Assembly: GCA_964016885.1 (NCBI GenBank)
Contig: OZ024743.1
Span: 281,914,001-281,978,000 of the forward strand
Direction of reading: 5' to 3'
Source of the DNA: Eledone cirrhosa
Taxonomy: Eukaryota
DNA length: 64,000 nt
In this document: piece by piece, positions 1 to 12,947 of the stretch
Numbering within the stretch: position 1 is the first letter of the stretch
How the letters are laid out: each line of letters opens with the position of its first letter
The notes under the pieces: generated by a model
Database searches by the model: none
What the model was told of the DNA's origin: nothing
The model's input: the letters and a program-made list of their open reading frames with translations, nothing else
Translations under genes and position numbers: made by a program

Positions 1-1068
1 TGTTCTCTCTTCTATCAGCTGCTGCACATTTTGTCATACATTCTTTATATCTCTTCTGTGTGTATGTCATATCTAGTTCATATTGAGCCCATGAACAAAA
101 ACGACCTCCATAGCATTCGAGGGCATTGTGTTTGTATTTTAATGCATGATAAGGGAAGTAACTTTGAGGAAGTTGTAGTTGATGATAGTGGTGACACTGT
201 TGACATCTCACTGTTACCAGGACTACCAACATTATTTTTCCAAGCTCAAGAAAGCTTCTATATATAAATTTGAAAGCAGAGGCAATGAAGCAGAGTTCCA
301 GCTAGATCCTGTCAATAAAGTCTCCATTCAAGTCTCAACAAGTCTCTGATATCTAAATGCCTAAATGCCAGCAAAATGGCACCCAGGAGTCATGACCGGG
401 AAGCAGCCCAGTCCCCTTAGAGTGTAAGAGGTTAAGGACCAAAACACTTGGGGATTTCTTCTCTGAAAACCTGCTGTCCAGCACTCTTAAGAATTTCATC
501 CCACTATCTTCTTATCTTATCCTTCCTGTGTGTGTATATATGACACATCATCATATATAGCTCCATGTGTATATGTGTGTGTATCAGCCTCTCATTAAAT
601 TTTGATTTCTTTATTTGATTTATGGAAACACTACTAAAAATAACATTTTTTTGACACCTGTAATATCTTTTTGCATATTCATATCCGTTAGTTTTTGGTT
701 GTTATTTCTCAAAAATTACTGAAAGTTAATGCAGTGAGTCCTGTTTCAACAAAATTCGACTCAATTGAGATCCATCATTAACAAAAAAATTCAAATTTTT
801 AGATAAACAATAGTCTCAAGATCCAAGGGCAAGTGTACCACAGAATTTAACCACTTCAGCCACTTTCAGAAGAAGAACCAAAATATTTATGTTTGTATTT
901 CATCAGTGATATGAAAACCCAAGCATAGACGAGGCATGAAGGAAATAAAAAAACAAAGTACGAGATCATATTGCATCTACAAGATATGTTACATACAAGA
1001 AACAGCTATATTAGAAATTGCAAATATGCCATAGTAAAAGTTTTGAATGAAATTCCATTATTATTTTT

Positions 1069-1098
1069 AACCTGGGCAACATCGGGTATTTCTGCTAG
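1069..1098 (+). mobile_element. Helitron 3' end remnant
   Basis: imperfect hairpin acctgggcaacatcgggt followed by CTAG|T, like the Helitron end at 17927-17954. Confidence 0.45.
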
Positions 1099-1112
1099 TA
1101 TATATATCTATA

Positions 1113-1945
1113 TAAAGGGTTCTCTCTAAAAATGAAAGGCAGGCTGTATGATGCCTGCATAGGAACAGCAATGTTACATGGCAGTGAGACCTGGGCATTG
1201 TGTGCAGAGGATATACGTAGACTGGAGAGGAACGAAGCTTGCATGCTCCGCTGGATGTGTAATAGTAATATACGTGAACGGCAAAGCATAAACGAACTAA
1301 GGGAAAAATTAGAAATAAGAGGGATCAGATGTTGTTTACTCGAGAGAAGACTACGTTGGTATGGTCACGTGATGCGCATGAAAGACGACAGCTGTATAAA
1401 AAAGTACAGGGCAATAAAAATAGACGGTAGCCACGGAGTAGGCAGACCCAGAAAAACTTGGGACGACTTGATAAAATCCGACCTCACACACTTACACCTC
1501 TCCAAGACAATGTCACTGGACCGAGATCTTTGGCGCTACACAGTAATACAGAAGACCCGCCTTACCTAAGTACGAAGTGAAACCTACTACAGTCAGTAGG
1601 TACCTCTAACAAAAATACACCCCTGTCCACACCACCCCTTTCAATGTAAAGTTATGTTGGTACCACAACATCCAGTCCGAAACAAATGAAATCGTGTAGG
1701 TGTCATGACAAAAAATACACAGTCCACGCTGTAATGTGGCTGTGTAGGTAACACGGTAAAAACCTCCCAGTCCATACTGTAAACGTGGTTGGTGTTAGGA
1801 AGGGCATCCAGCCGTAGAAAACCCGCCAGACAGTCCTATGCGAGCAAGACAACCACTCTTGCCTCAAGTGGGAAAACTCCCGTCCAAACCCATGCAAGCG
1901 TGAAAGATGGATGTTAAACGATGATGATGATGATGATGATGATGA
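1113..1945 (+). mobile_element. RTE-clade LINE, 5'-truncated 3' fragment with (GAT)n tail
   Basis: ORF 1132-1569 MLHGSETW...[10 protein letters not shown]...GRPRKTW; 3' UTR ends in (GAT)n next to (TA)n. Confidence 0.88.
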
Positions 1946-3166
1946 TATATATATATATATACTTGTTTTGCAAGATTCTTGATGTAAAATCGTGTGTTGA
2001 GACAGATATTGTTATATTTGAGGATGGTCATTGTTGTATTCCTCTCGGTACTCGCAGAGAAAACACGAGTTATATCAAATAATTTGTGTATTGTACGAAA
2101 CAACCAAAACGCCCCTCCTCACAGTAGCAGAATAACATAAAGTAAGTAAGTGACAGCAGCAGTCTGTGACCGAGTTTTTAATACCAATGCTGACTGACTG
2201 CCCAGGTCACGTGATTCATATGCAAATGTGTGAGCACGTGTAAATTGAATAAAACGAATTTAACAGTCCATACAACAATGAGGTTGTGAGTTCGATTCCC
2301 AGTCCATACAACACCTCCTCACCGAAATTGATGCGACAAACTGGTTCAGCCACAGGGCCCACCGTGCTAGTCGGTTAGCAGCGAGAAGTGGTGTCCCTTT
2401 CCTCGGACTGAACAGTGATGTCAGTGGCTTGTGGTCAGTTACGAGTATAAACTGATGTCCATACAGATACTGATAGAACTTCTGCAAGCCAAATATGATG
2501 GCCAGGGCTTCCTTTTGAATTTGGCCGTAGTTACGCTGTGCAGAAGTAAGAGTCTTGGACACATTGGATATTGGGCGCTCGCTTCCATCAGGATAGCGAT
2601 GAAACAGGACTGCTCCAATACCAACGTTTGACGCGTCGCAAGCCAGTCCCAAAGTTTTGTTTGGATCGAAGTGTATCAGAACTCGATCCGATGAAAGCAC
2701 ATTTTTCAACTGATCGAAAGCTGACTGTTCTTCATCTCCCCACTTCCAAGTAGTCGTTTTTTTTTGTAAGGCAATAGAGTGGCTCTGCCATGATGGCCAG
2801 GTTTGGGATAAACTTTCCATAGAACTGAACTGAACCCAGGAAAGACTTCAAGCTTGAGACGTTCGTTGGAGGTGGCATCTTTAAAACTGCTTCGACCTTG
2901 GATCCCTTCACGATCCCTTCAGCCGACAAGGTGTGTCCAAGGTATTCCACACTGGGTAGTGCAAACTGGCACTTGTCACGGCGACATCTGAGTCCTTTGT
3001 CGCACAGACGTGTGAGCAGACACTTTAGGTTGTTCAGGTGATCGTTTGTATCTTTCCCACTGACGAGCATGTCATCCTGGAAGACGGCCACACCAGGTAG
3101 ATCTTGAGTCAGGTTTTCCATGATCTCCTGAAAGTAACCAGGTGCTGACTTGATTCCGAAAGGGAG

Positions 3167-5104
3167 TCATTCCTGCAGGACCACCCCACGGTGAGTGCTG
3201 AGTGCAAGCCTGCGTTGACTTTCTGGAGCCAGCTTGATCTGATTATAGGCATCAGCAAGATCAATCTTTGTGTATCCGAATCCACCTCCGAGCTTCTGCA
3301 TCAGTTCCTCTGGGAGTGGCATTGGATGACGATGATCTGCAAGTTGGTCATTAATTCCCACAGAGTAGTCACTATAAATCCGTAGTTTGGGTTTCAGGTT
3401 GCCTGAAGTATGTGCTTTACGAATCGGTACCACTGGCGTTTCGTATTCGTTGAACTGTACTGGCTTCCAGATTCCTTTGGCGATGCCTTCTTCGTAACCT
3501 TTGGCCAGGTCATCACGAAGAGCAAACAGGACCGGGCGTGCCTTGTGAAAGACCGGTGTCGCGTCCGACTTGAACTTCACTTCCAGTTCGAAGTCATTAA
3601 GACATCCCAATTCTTGCTTGAAGAGATCTGGGAATTCATCACACATGTTGTGACAATCTCGTTGCATGGAAATATAGGGCTCATTTGAGGTCTTTGGATG
3701 CATCACTTCTGCACCCTCACTCTTGGCCTGGCTGTCTATGCTTTTCAATCCTAGAGCATTGTCCACGGAAATTCCCAGAGTCTGGATAGCGTTTCGTCCC
3801 AGCAAATTAAGATCAGGGATCTTGGTGATGATGTAGAGTATTGAATTCCGTTTACCGGTCGTTGGATCCTTGGTTTGGCCCATGAAAGTTCCCAAAACGG
3901 GCAGGTCGTGCTTGCTGGCAGATTCAAACCGATGTTTGACATCTTGCAGCTTCGGTTTTCCTAATTGTTTCCAAACTGACAAGGAAACAAAATTGCCTGT
4001 AGTAGCTGTGTCCAATTCCATTGTGAAAAGTCTGTTCTGGATTGTTATTGGCACATTCAAACTATGAGTATCGTGGGGAAACTCACCAAGGATCGCCTTG
4101 ACTAGCTCAGCTTTCGTGATTCTTTTCACGTAATTCTGTGAGCGATGATTACGTTGCTGATGTTGTTTCTTTCTACACACTGCTTGTAAATGTCCCTTTT
4201 TGTCACAAAAATGACATTTGGCTTCTTTGAAGGGGCAGTCTGTCACTTTGTGGGCCTTTCCACATCGGTAGCACATCTCCTGGTCTGTGGAATAAGACTG
4301 CTGATGGTTCTTTCGAGGACCCTTGTTCTTGTTCTGCCGGACCTTGTAGACTTGCTTGGTTTTGGAACCGTAAACAGTTTCCTTGGCAACCTTTGCTGCG
4401 TCTTCGGTCCCGATGGCAACTTGGACAGCACGGGCGAAATCTAGTTCTGTATCCTTGATCTTGAAAATAGCCTTCAACACAGCTTCATTATTGACAGAAC
4501 ATATAAATCTCTGTCTTAGAGCTTCATCTTGTGGATTTGTGATCGAAGGAAAATCACAGGTAGCTGCATCCTGACGTATACGTGCTGCCAGCTCCTGGAG
4601 AGTTTCGCCTGGCTTCCGTTGCATGTCACTCCAGAACTTGAAACGTTCTCTCACAATAAAAAGTTTTGGGTCGAACTGTACTTTCATGAAGTCAACAATT
4701 TCGTCCATTGTCAACTTGTTGATATCCTTAGGCGGATTTTGTTGAGCAGCCAGATTTGCAAGTTGTTTGTAGATAGCAGCCGTCTGATTAGTCAGGAACA
4801 CTTGTGACATGCGTTGCTCGGGTACAGCGTTAGCAGCCACAAACGTGCAGAATCTTGACCAGTAATCAGGCCATAGTTCTGTTGTTGAATCAAAAGCAGC
4901 AAATGGTGGGATGAATGCTGTTGGTGTCGAAGCAACTGGCGACGCCAATAAACTCTGTTGTTCAGAATCTCGAGCACCAAACAGTTTTATCAGAGTGTCC
5001 ATATCTTTCTTGTGTTGTTGCATTTGTTGCGACGCCAATAAACTCTGTTGTTCCATCTGTTCTCTAAACAACTTTATTAGCTCCGCTGTTTGTTGTTCCG
5101 CCAT
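3167..5104 (-). pseudogene. Gypsy gag-protease-RT N-terminal ORF; pol continues after frameshifts in 2732-3121 and 2260-2820
   Basis: CYRCGKAHKVTDC and CHFCDKKGHLQAVC knuckles, LDTAT protease site, TKIDLADAYNQI RT motif. Confidence 0.88.
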
Positions 5105-5126
5105 GTTTTTATGATAAACAATTTCC

Positions 5127-5195
5127 CGGCAATGTAGGTAAATCCTATCGCCAATGTAGGTAAATCCTATCGGCAATGTAGGTAAATCCTATCGG
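5127..5195. repeat. 3 x 22-bp tandem repeat in the Gypsy leader
   Basis: gcaatgtaggtaaatcctatcg repeated three times. Confidence 0.85.
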
Positions 5196-5493
5196 CGACG
5201 CCAGTAAACTCTGTTGTATTCCTCTCGATACTCGCAGAGAAAACACGAGTTATATCAAATAATTTGTGTATTGTACGAAACAACCAAAACGCCCCTCCTC
5301 ACAGTAGCAGAATAACATAAAGTAAGTAAGTGACAGCAGCAGTCTGTGACCGAGTTTTTAATACCAACGCTGACTGACTGCCCAGGTCACGTGATTCATA
5401 TGCAAATGTGTGAGCACGTGTAAATTGAATAAAACGAATTTAACAGTCCATACAACAATGAGGTTGTGAGTTCGATTCCCAGTCCATACAACA

Positions 5494-5797
5494 GTCATGT
5501 TGCTAATATTGCCAATACATGCCTTATTTTATTCTCACTTCGCCCTTACTATTAGCTATTAGTTAGTTCATCAAACTTCTTTTGTCACACATTCCGTGAC
5601 CTCCTCAATTACTATTTGTTTTCCTCTGTGCCTCCTCTTCTTTCTGTTCTTAAACAAATAGTCATTGAGGAGGTCACGGAATGTGTGACTAAAGAACTTT
5701 GACAAACTAACTAATAATAAAGTTGAAGTGAAAATCCAATAGTGTGTGGATTTTCATTGGCAATATGGGAACATTACCATCCCCAAATATAACAATA
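5494..5797. repeat. Fold-back inverted repeat whose left arm (starting at 2006) is interrupted by the Gypsy element
   Basis: 5499-5620 pairs with 5653-5775; 2006-2027 atattgttatatttgaggatgg pairs with ccatccccaaatataacaatat at ~5778-5799. Confidence 0.75.
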
Positions 5798-7109
5798 TAT
5801 ATATATATATATAATTAATCATATTATGTGTTAACACCAACATTTCATGTTTTTTATGTTTTCTGTGGGTTGCTTCTAAAGAGGTCATAGCTGTTGAATT
5901 GTGGCTATCACCAAAATATATATAACGGTAATGAAAGAAGTAGATTATGGAAGGTTGACTTTTACCTCTTGTTTATATATATATATATACTGCAATAGAG
6001 ATAATGCTGAAGACAAATTTGGTCTTGCTTTTATAATTGAATTTAGTCCATTGTTTAGCTCAGTTCATTTCTAGAATAATTACAAACTCCTTCAGGTTAA
6101 TAACAAAGAATTTGTTGGTTCAATTCACATATCTTGTAGCAAATGATGTTCACAACATGGTTGACCACCATTGTTGGGGTGATGTTAGGGAAAAGAAATA
6201 AAAACACAGAAAAAGAAAAAAAGAGAGAAATATATTTGATCAATTTACCCAATTTTTATTCAATGATATCTAAAATAATGATGCAAATTATATACAATAT
6301 GTAATTGAGAAAAAAAACAAAAACTAAGTATTATAGAGTAAAAAACCAAGGTACCTTGTATTAGTGGTATGTAATGAGTGCTCTATTGAAGATATAAAAC
6401 TAGCATTAGGATATGCCTAAATGATATGTGTTCTTAACTACTAAAATGGCTATAGAGCTAAAGTCTGCTGAGATACCTTTCAAAAGGGATATGTGATGGT
6501 AACTACACTAGAAAAATATCTGAAATCAAAATATTTTATATCAATAGTAGATATAATTGGAATTAGAATAGTGTATATCAGGGGTATATAATGGCAAATC
6601 ATGTGATATAGATTTCAATTCAGCAATATATATATATATATATATGCAGGATATTCGTAGATAAAAAGTCAAGGAAAACAATACTCAATCTATTGCAAGA
6701 GAGTTTATTTAGTATAAATAAAGCTTCATACACTTAACGTGTGTGCAACCATTAGTTTCAGGGTCCAGTTATGACCACCACTGTATAGTGGAAGAGGTTC
6801 TTCAAAATTGGCCTCACATCAGGCGTTCAGAGAAAAATATGAAAAAGGAAACTCCTTTAGCTGACTATATTTCATGCATACATGTTTATATATATATATA
6901 CCCACTTAAGCTCACAGTTGAACCTCTACCTCATTAATATATATATATATCACACCAGAAACACCAAAAGAAAATACTTAACAATAATTCCCAAATCTAT
7001 GTGATCTAAATGCAAATGAAACATTCGTTGACTTCAAGGTACAGAAAACTGAGTAAATATTAGTAATTAGTATGAAAACATTAAGTGCCCTGTTGTAGTA
7101 TAGAATAGA

Positions 7110-7258
7110 TTACTCTTTGCATGGAGATGTCCTCAACTTCTTGCGGATTGCTTTCGTCATAGAATGAGGATATATTGAAGACCACTGATTCAGTTGAAGA
7201 CTCTTAGTAGCAGCATCATAGAGGTTTTTCTTGGCTATGATTGTTAACGAATGGGGTC
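7110..7258 (-). CDS. A2M-like gene terminal coding exon
   Basis: ttccag|GA..., phase 1; (R)PHSLTIIAKKNLYDAATKSLQLNQWSSIYPHSMTKAIRKKLRTSPCKE* ending at TAA. Confidence 0.78.
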
Positions 7259-7739
7259 CTGGAAAAAATAAAAAAATCTATAAAAATCTATAGGTAACAC
7301 AAACTATCAACTGCAGTTGGTGAGCAATTTAGGCAAATTATAGTGCTCCAACTGCTAAATATTACTGTATGTCTGCCATATTTAAAAGCAAAAGATTGCT
7401 CATGTACTCATTGCTTTCATTGTATCAAGTTTCTACCTACTCACCTTCTACATACCAAACATGATCACTTTCCGAATGGAATTGAGATATTGTACTCATA
7501 TATTACTAGCATCATTTCGATGCTTGCCTTGTTGATCATTAGGCATTTGAAATGTAGATTATGCTGACAAGATAATATCAAGAATTAGACAGGTTTAAAA
7601 TACATTGAATGTATAAAGACATCACATGAAAGACTTCTTCTTCTTCTCCTCCTCTTTCTTCTTTTTCTTCTTCTTCTTCTCCTCCTCCTCCTCCCACTTA
7701 TTCCTGGAAAGATTGCATATCCCGAAACCTGAAAGAGGG

Positions 7740-8760
7740 TTCGGAAGGAAGCAAGCCTCAACATCACAACCCTTACAGGTAAAGAGTAGCAACTAGTGGA
7801 GGAGGCTAGATGCTACCAGCTAGATATAGTCGAGGTTTCCTCAACAAAGTTCCATGGTTCTGATGCTGTATATTTTGATGAAGAATGGAAACTTCACTAC
7901 TCAGGTGTGGCGCTAGAAATGACTGCACAGGCAGGAGTGGGGATACTCACAAGCCCCTGGCTGTCAGAATGTGTTATGGATTGGATCCCATTAGGAAGGA
8001 GGATTTGTAAAATCAGTCAGCTGGAATTTACAGACAACATGGTTACTTAACTTGACAGAAGGTGATATCTGACTTGTACTCCATGGTTTTGATGCCGAGT
8101 GCTGCATGGCTGGATTGAAAATCAGTGCTGTGAAAACTGAAGCACTCGTCCACACAAGGAGGCCTGTGCAGTGCAGCCTACATGTGAATGGAGTTCCACT
8201 GAAGCAGGTTAAGAAGTTCAAGTATCTCGGGGCCATGTTCATGAGTGATGGACGGCAGGAGGCTGAATTAAGTACAAGAATTGCACTTAATAGCCAAACT
8301 TGCTATCTTCAATTCAGTATTCATGCCAACCCTTACCTATCATCATGAATCTTGAGTAATGACCAAAATAATATGATTGCAAATACAAGTGGCCGAAATG
8401 GGGTTCCTTGGGTCTTTGGAGTAACGTTACTCGATAGAGCACGTATCTCGGAGATCAAAGAGTCACTCCAAGTAGAGCTGCCACTTTTCTGAATTGATAC
8501 TGTGGGCATGTGGTTAGAATGTCTCAGGAAAGAATTACTGGACAGATTTTATGGGTAAACTGACCAGCATGAGACCCAGGAGTAGACTCCAAGCAAGATG
8601 GTTGGATAACATCCATGAGCTTGATTGGTCTTACTTGGGGATCCAGCCAGATCAGTTGGAGATGGTTGCTTGTGACAGGACCTGCTGGAAGGAGTGTTTG
8701 AGGACTACACCTCTACGACTACTCAGGAATAAGTGGGCAAAGAAGAAGGTCCTATCAGAA
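7740..8760 (+). mobile_element. Degenerate, internally deleted RTE LINE
   Basis: APE fragment (LDIVEVSSTK...AGVGIL) joined to RT fragment (LEFTDN, FKYLG) and C-terminal WLDNI. Confidence 0.7.
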
Positions 8761-9322
8761 GCAAATGTCTGAATCCTGAAGCCAGACCAACTAAGCCCAT
8801 GGATGATATACCACTATCTTACTCATGGTCTCCCTCTGTGTCCCCTGCTGGTCAGTTTTACCCAATATTAAAAATACTGGCATTATTCATATCCTGTTCA
8901 ATCCTGTAAGGTTATATTCCTTTATCAATCTAAGAATCATCCCTTGATTTACCATATGAAGAAATCATGAATAGTACCTCAATAAACCATCTCTCGGGTA
9001 ATATATGTTATTGCCATTATCATTTTGTTTGTTTTCCATACTGGTATTGGTTGGATGGGTCATCATGATACAAGACTAGACAGATTGGAGAATCACATTT
9101 GGCTTATATGTTTCTGTGGCTGGATACCTTTCTTAATGCTAACCACTTTTCAGAGTATACTATGTGCATTTTAATGTAGCATTAGCACTGTCACTTTATA
9201 GAGTGTACCGGGTGAATTTTACTATGTCACTATCACTACCATTTTACAGAGTGTACTTGGTGCATTTTATCATGGCACCAGTGCCAAAATAAAAAAAAAA
9301 AAAGAAACTGGAGTAAACTTAC

Positions 9323-9463
9323 GATTGTGTTTCAGGTTATCACATTTACATTTGCTGTCAATGTCAAACCTAACTACTGAGCTGATTATTTCTCTTGGAT
9401 TGGGTCTTTCATTAAAATAAATCTTCAGTTTTGAGGTGGCATTCATCAAGCTGACTTTATAAG
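9323..9463 (-). CDS. A2M-like gene exon (NTR/C345C-like)
   Basis: tacag|CT...C|gtaagt, phase 1-1; (T)YKVSLMNATSKLKIYFNERPNPREIISSVVRFDIDSKCKCDNLKHN. Confidence 0.78.
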
Positions 9464-10037
9464 CTGTAAAAGATATTTAATTATTCAATATTCATGTATA
9501 ATCTAAAGAAATTAATCTGTTGTATATCTACCTAGGAGTGTATCTTTGCATGTCGTAAGAGGTGACTAAGATGGATTAGTACCATAATAGGCATCTGTAC
9601 ATAAATCATTGCTTCAAAAAGGATCCCATGATGAGCATGGAGCCTATCATGAGGCTTGCAAGGTGAAGCCTTACTTTAGCAGGGAAAATGGCCTTAAAAT
9701 GCTTGCTGCTGTTACTGCAGCTGCAATGTATAGCTAGTGTAGAGACAAGCCTCTAACAAGATGGGTTCAACAATGATTGTATTTTTATTTTCACTTACTT
9801 TGCTGTTTTTGAGAAACACATGAACATACATATGAAACTAAGGCATTTTTTTCTACATATGAAATTGACAGCAGAAACAGTCTATTAGTGTTAAGTTAAT
9901 CTTGAAAAGGACGCAGAGTATATTAGTTATGAGAAATCACAGACTATTTCAGGAAGGTTCTATGGAGCTGTTTAAAGTCACACAGTAGATACCAACATGT
10001 AAAAGAATAAAAGAATATCAGAATCTTTGATACTCAC

Positions 10038-10104
10038 TAGCAACAGATTCACAGAAAATATCCATGAAGTTTGGAGGAATTGTATTGGAACACACTGGAC
10101 ATCT
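10038..10104 (-). CDS. A2M-like gene exon (start of NTR/C345C-like module)
   Basis: strong pyrimidine tract ttcag|AGA...A|gtgagt, phase 0-1; RCPVCSNTIPPNFMDIFCESVA. Confidence 0.78.
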
Positions 10105-10129
10105 CTGAAAGAAAAGAGAGACAAGTGAT

Positions 10130-11450
10130 TTATGAAAGGTATCAGTGGGGCTTTATATATCAATTTCAGAGGACAAGAGGGATTGCTTTAATTATAGAGG
10201 AATCTCCTTGTCAAGCCTCTCCAGTAAAGTGTCTGGCAAAAAGATGTAGGGAGATTGTCAAGTCCTAGCTAGCTGATGAACAGCGTTATTTCACTACAGA
10301 CACTGCACAGCAAACCAAATATTCACACTGCAGCAGATCTTTGAGAAACCATGGGAGTATTGCCAAGAGGTCTATGCTTGTTTTGTAGACCTCAAAAAAC
10401 ATATAATTGCATTTCACAGGATCTGTTGTGGAAGATTCTGCAGGAGTATGGGATCAATGAACAGTTTCTTATTGCCCTGAAATCTCTATACAAATGCCCT
10501 AGTATTTGTGTTTGGATAAATGGTGCTAAGATGAAACCACTCAATGAGGGTGTCATACTCTTCCAAAGGTGTGTACTGTCACCTCTCCTCTTCATAATCT
10601 TCATGAACAGGATTGATATGTGCAGCTGGGTTAAAAGTGGTATCAGGACTGGCAGGTGTAGGATCAGTCAGCTGGAATTTGCAGATGATATGGTACTATT
10701 AAACTCATTGGAAGGTGATCTCTGACTTGCACTTAACAGGTTTGATGCCAAGTGCTGCATAACAGGAATGAAAATCTGAGCTGCCAAGACTGAAACACTT
10801 GTCCTCCCAATAAAGCCTGCACAGTTCACTCTACATATGAGTGGCATTCCACCGAAGCATGTGGAGAAGTTTGGGGCTGTTTTCATGAGTGATGGAAAGC
10901 AGGAGGCTGAATTAAGTTCAAGAATTGCAGGAACTGACACAGTAATGCACCAACTTTAGCATTTGGTCATCAGAAGAAGAGAAATAAGTGTAAAAGTAAA
11001 ACTTGCTATCTGCAATTCAGTATTCATGCCAACTCTTACTTATGTTCATTCATTTTGGGTAATGACCAAAAGAATTCAATTGCAAATACAAGTGGCTGAA
11101 ATGGGGTACCTCCAAAGTGTCTTTAGAGTAACATTACTGAACAAAGTGCATAGGTCAGAGAACAGGGCATCACTACTGGTAGAGTTGCTACTTCTTCAAC
11201 TTGAGAGATCACAGCTCTGATATTATGAATGTTTGATCAGAATATCTCAGGAAAGAATCATTAGAGAGATTTTATGGGCAAAACCAACTGGCAGGAAACC
11301 CAGGGGTATACTCCAAGCAAGATGATTGGATAACATCCATGATCTCTGCTAATGTCGTTTGGGGATCCAGCTGGTTCAATTGGAGACAGTTGCTTTTGAC
11401 AGGACCCACTGGGAAGCATGCTTGAGGACTCTGTCCCCATGACCTTCCCC
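10130..11450 (+). mobile_element. Degenerate RTE LINE RT fragment
   Basis: VLSPLLFIIFM, LEFADD, PTLTY...WVMT motifs with stops and frameshifts. Confidence 0.75.
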
Positions 11451-12921
11451 ATATATAAGCTGAGAAATATGTGACAAAAGAATCAATGGTAAAATGGGGG
11501 TTGGCTTATATTTGAGGTCAATATTTTGCTGATTTTCACCAACTTCAAATTCTACATAAATGAACTGCTAAGATATTTCTGATTTTGAGGTGAATATTAC
11601 ACCGGTTTCACTTTGGAGGTGAATATTACACTGGCTTCACTTTTGATGTGAAATCTGTTTTTTGTATTGTTTTGATGTGTTTTGAGTAAATATGGTCTTC
11701 AAAACACTCAGCAATAATTCATTTTTCAGCTAACTGAATGAGGGAGCATGGTGGCGCAAGACGTGTGTAATGGAAAAAAATCTACCTAAAGCTTTAATAC
11801 TTGGACAGCTTTAAATTGTTTCCAAATTTTTTTTAAGGTATGCATTTCATTTGATGCATATATTAAATAAAAATCTGTTATATTCGGGAGATGGCATTAT
11901 TGTTGTCTGCTAAAAAACAAAAAGAAGCAAAATACTCAGCATTTGAATAGCTGGGAATAAACAAAAATTCAAGAAACTTTTAGAAAATGGATGAAATAGT
12001 AAAAAAGCATTCTGTAATGGAGTTGTGAAACAAAAACTATACTCTAAACAACACTAAAAACATTTTATATATCAAAATATTAAAACTTCATATATATATT
12101 CTCCCCTCATGAGAATTTCAAAACCATGCCATCTAAACATAATGTGTTAGTTAACTGCTTCAGCTTATACACTGATATATTTTTGCCCATTTCTCAGACA
12201 TAAAATAAGGAAGTTGGCTTATATTCAGATTGACTTATATTCGAGTGTACTCTTTCTATGAATTCTGGAAGGATTGAAAATTAAATTGAGGTAATTTGAA
12301 TTTAAACCACAAACTTAAAAAGTAAATATTAACCCAGAGAATCTTACATTTGCAGGAATTTCTATACAGTTTCTTAACCTACTAGAAATAGCAGCCAAAA
12401 CTTCCTCAACACTTATTGCCAAATGGAGCAAGACTGCTTTCAGGTTCTGGTAGAAGTGGAGGAGCACCTCTCTAAATTTAAGAGAACTGAGAGTTGTTTT
12501 TTTTTATAGAAGAATTTCAAATAGCCACGGGCTCACTGGGGTTCATCTAATGCACAACCTTAGCCCTTTTAATACCAAATAACTCCTGGTTCTCTGATAC
12601 AAGGATGTTTATTCGAAAACATTTATATTTTTCCATCATAATTTAAGAACCTTTGTTAAATTATATTTCAAACATCAGTTATTATTATTACTAAATTCCT
12701 TCAAATTCTTGATTACTTTTGAAATTATCTGAAAATCAGAGGCAGTTTATTTCATTAGTAGTGTTGGAATGAAAGGGTTAAATAAGTAAAGATACATCCT
12801 ATAATATAGTCCTAGATGCATTTTGCTGGGGGGAAAAGACTGAATTATAATAAACAACAATCTTGAGTGAATGGATAACATACTGTGTATATGTACATAG
12901 AAAAAAATTGATTTCTTTTAC

Positions 12922-12947
12922 CTTCTGTATTTCTTCAACTGAATCTT
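12922..12947 (-). CDS. A2M-like gene 26-nt microexon
   Basis: acag|AAGATTCAGTTGAAGAAATACAGAAG|gtaaaa; (K)DSVEEIQK converts phase 1 to phase 0 as the flanking exons require. Confidence 0.6.

Larger units (their letters stand above)
2032..5493 (-). mobile_element. Ty3/Gypsy LTR retrotransposon lacking integrase
   Basis: 282-bp LTRs 2032-2313 and 5212-5493 (2 mismatches, TGTTGTA...TACAACA), GTCAT TSD, PPT GAGGAGG; gag with CCHC knuckles, protease, RT (FQDD), RNase H (CDAS...QKEALA...TDH). Confidence 0.95.

Noticed and set aside
7630-7697. Poly-Arg ORF 7585-7767
   Set aside because: (CTT/CCT)n simple repeat
9798-9881. Candidate Cys-rich exon with a gtaagt donor
   Set aside because: Phase incompatible with the next exon; 10038-10104 fits better
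12410-12472. Possible extra A2M exon (RGAPPLLPEPESSL...)
   Set aside because: Runs into a stop without a convincing donor; the model is phase-complete without it
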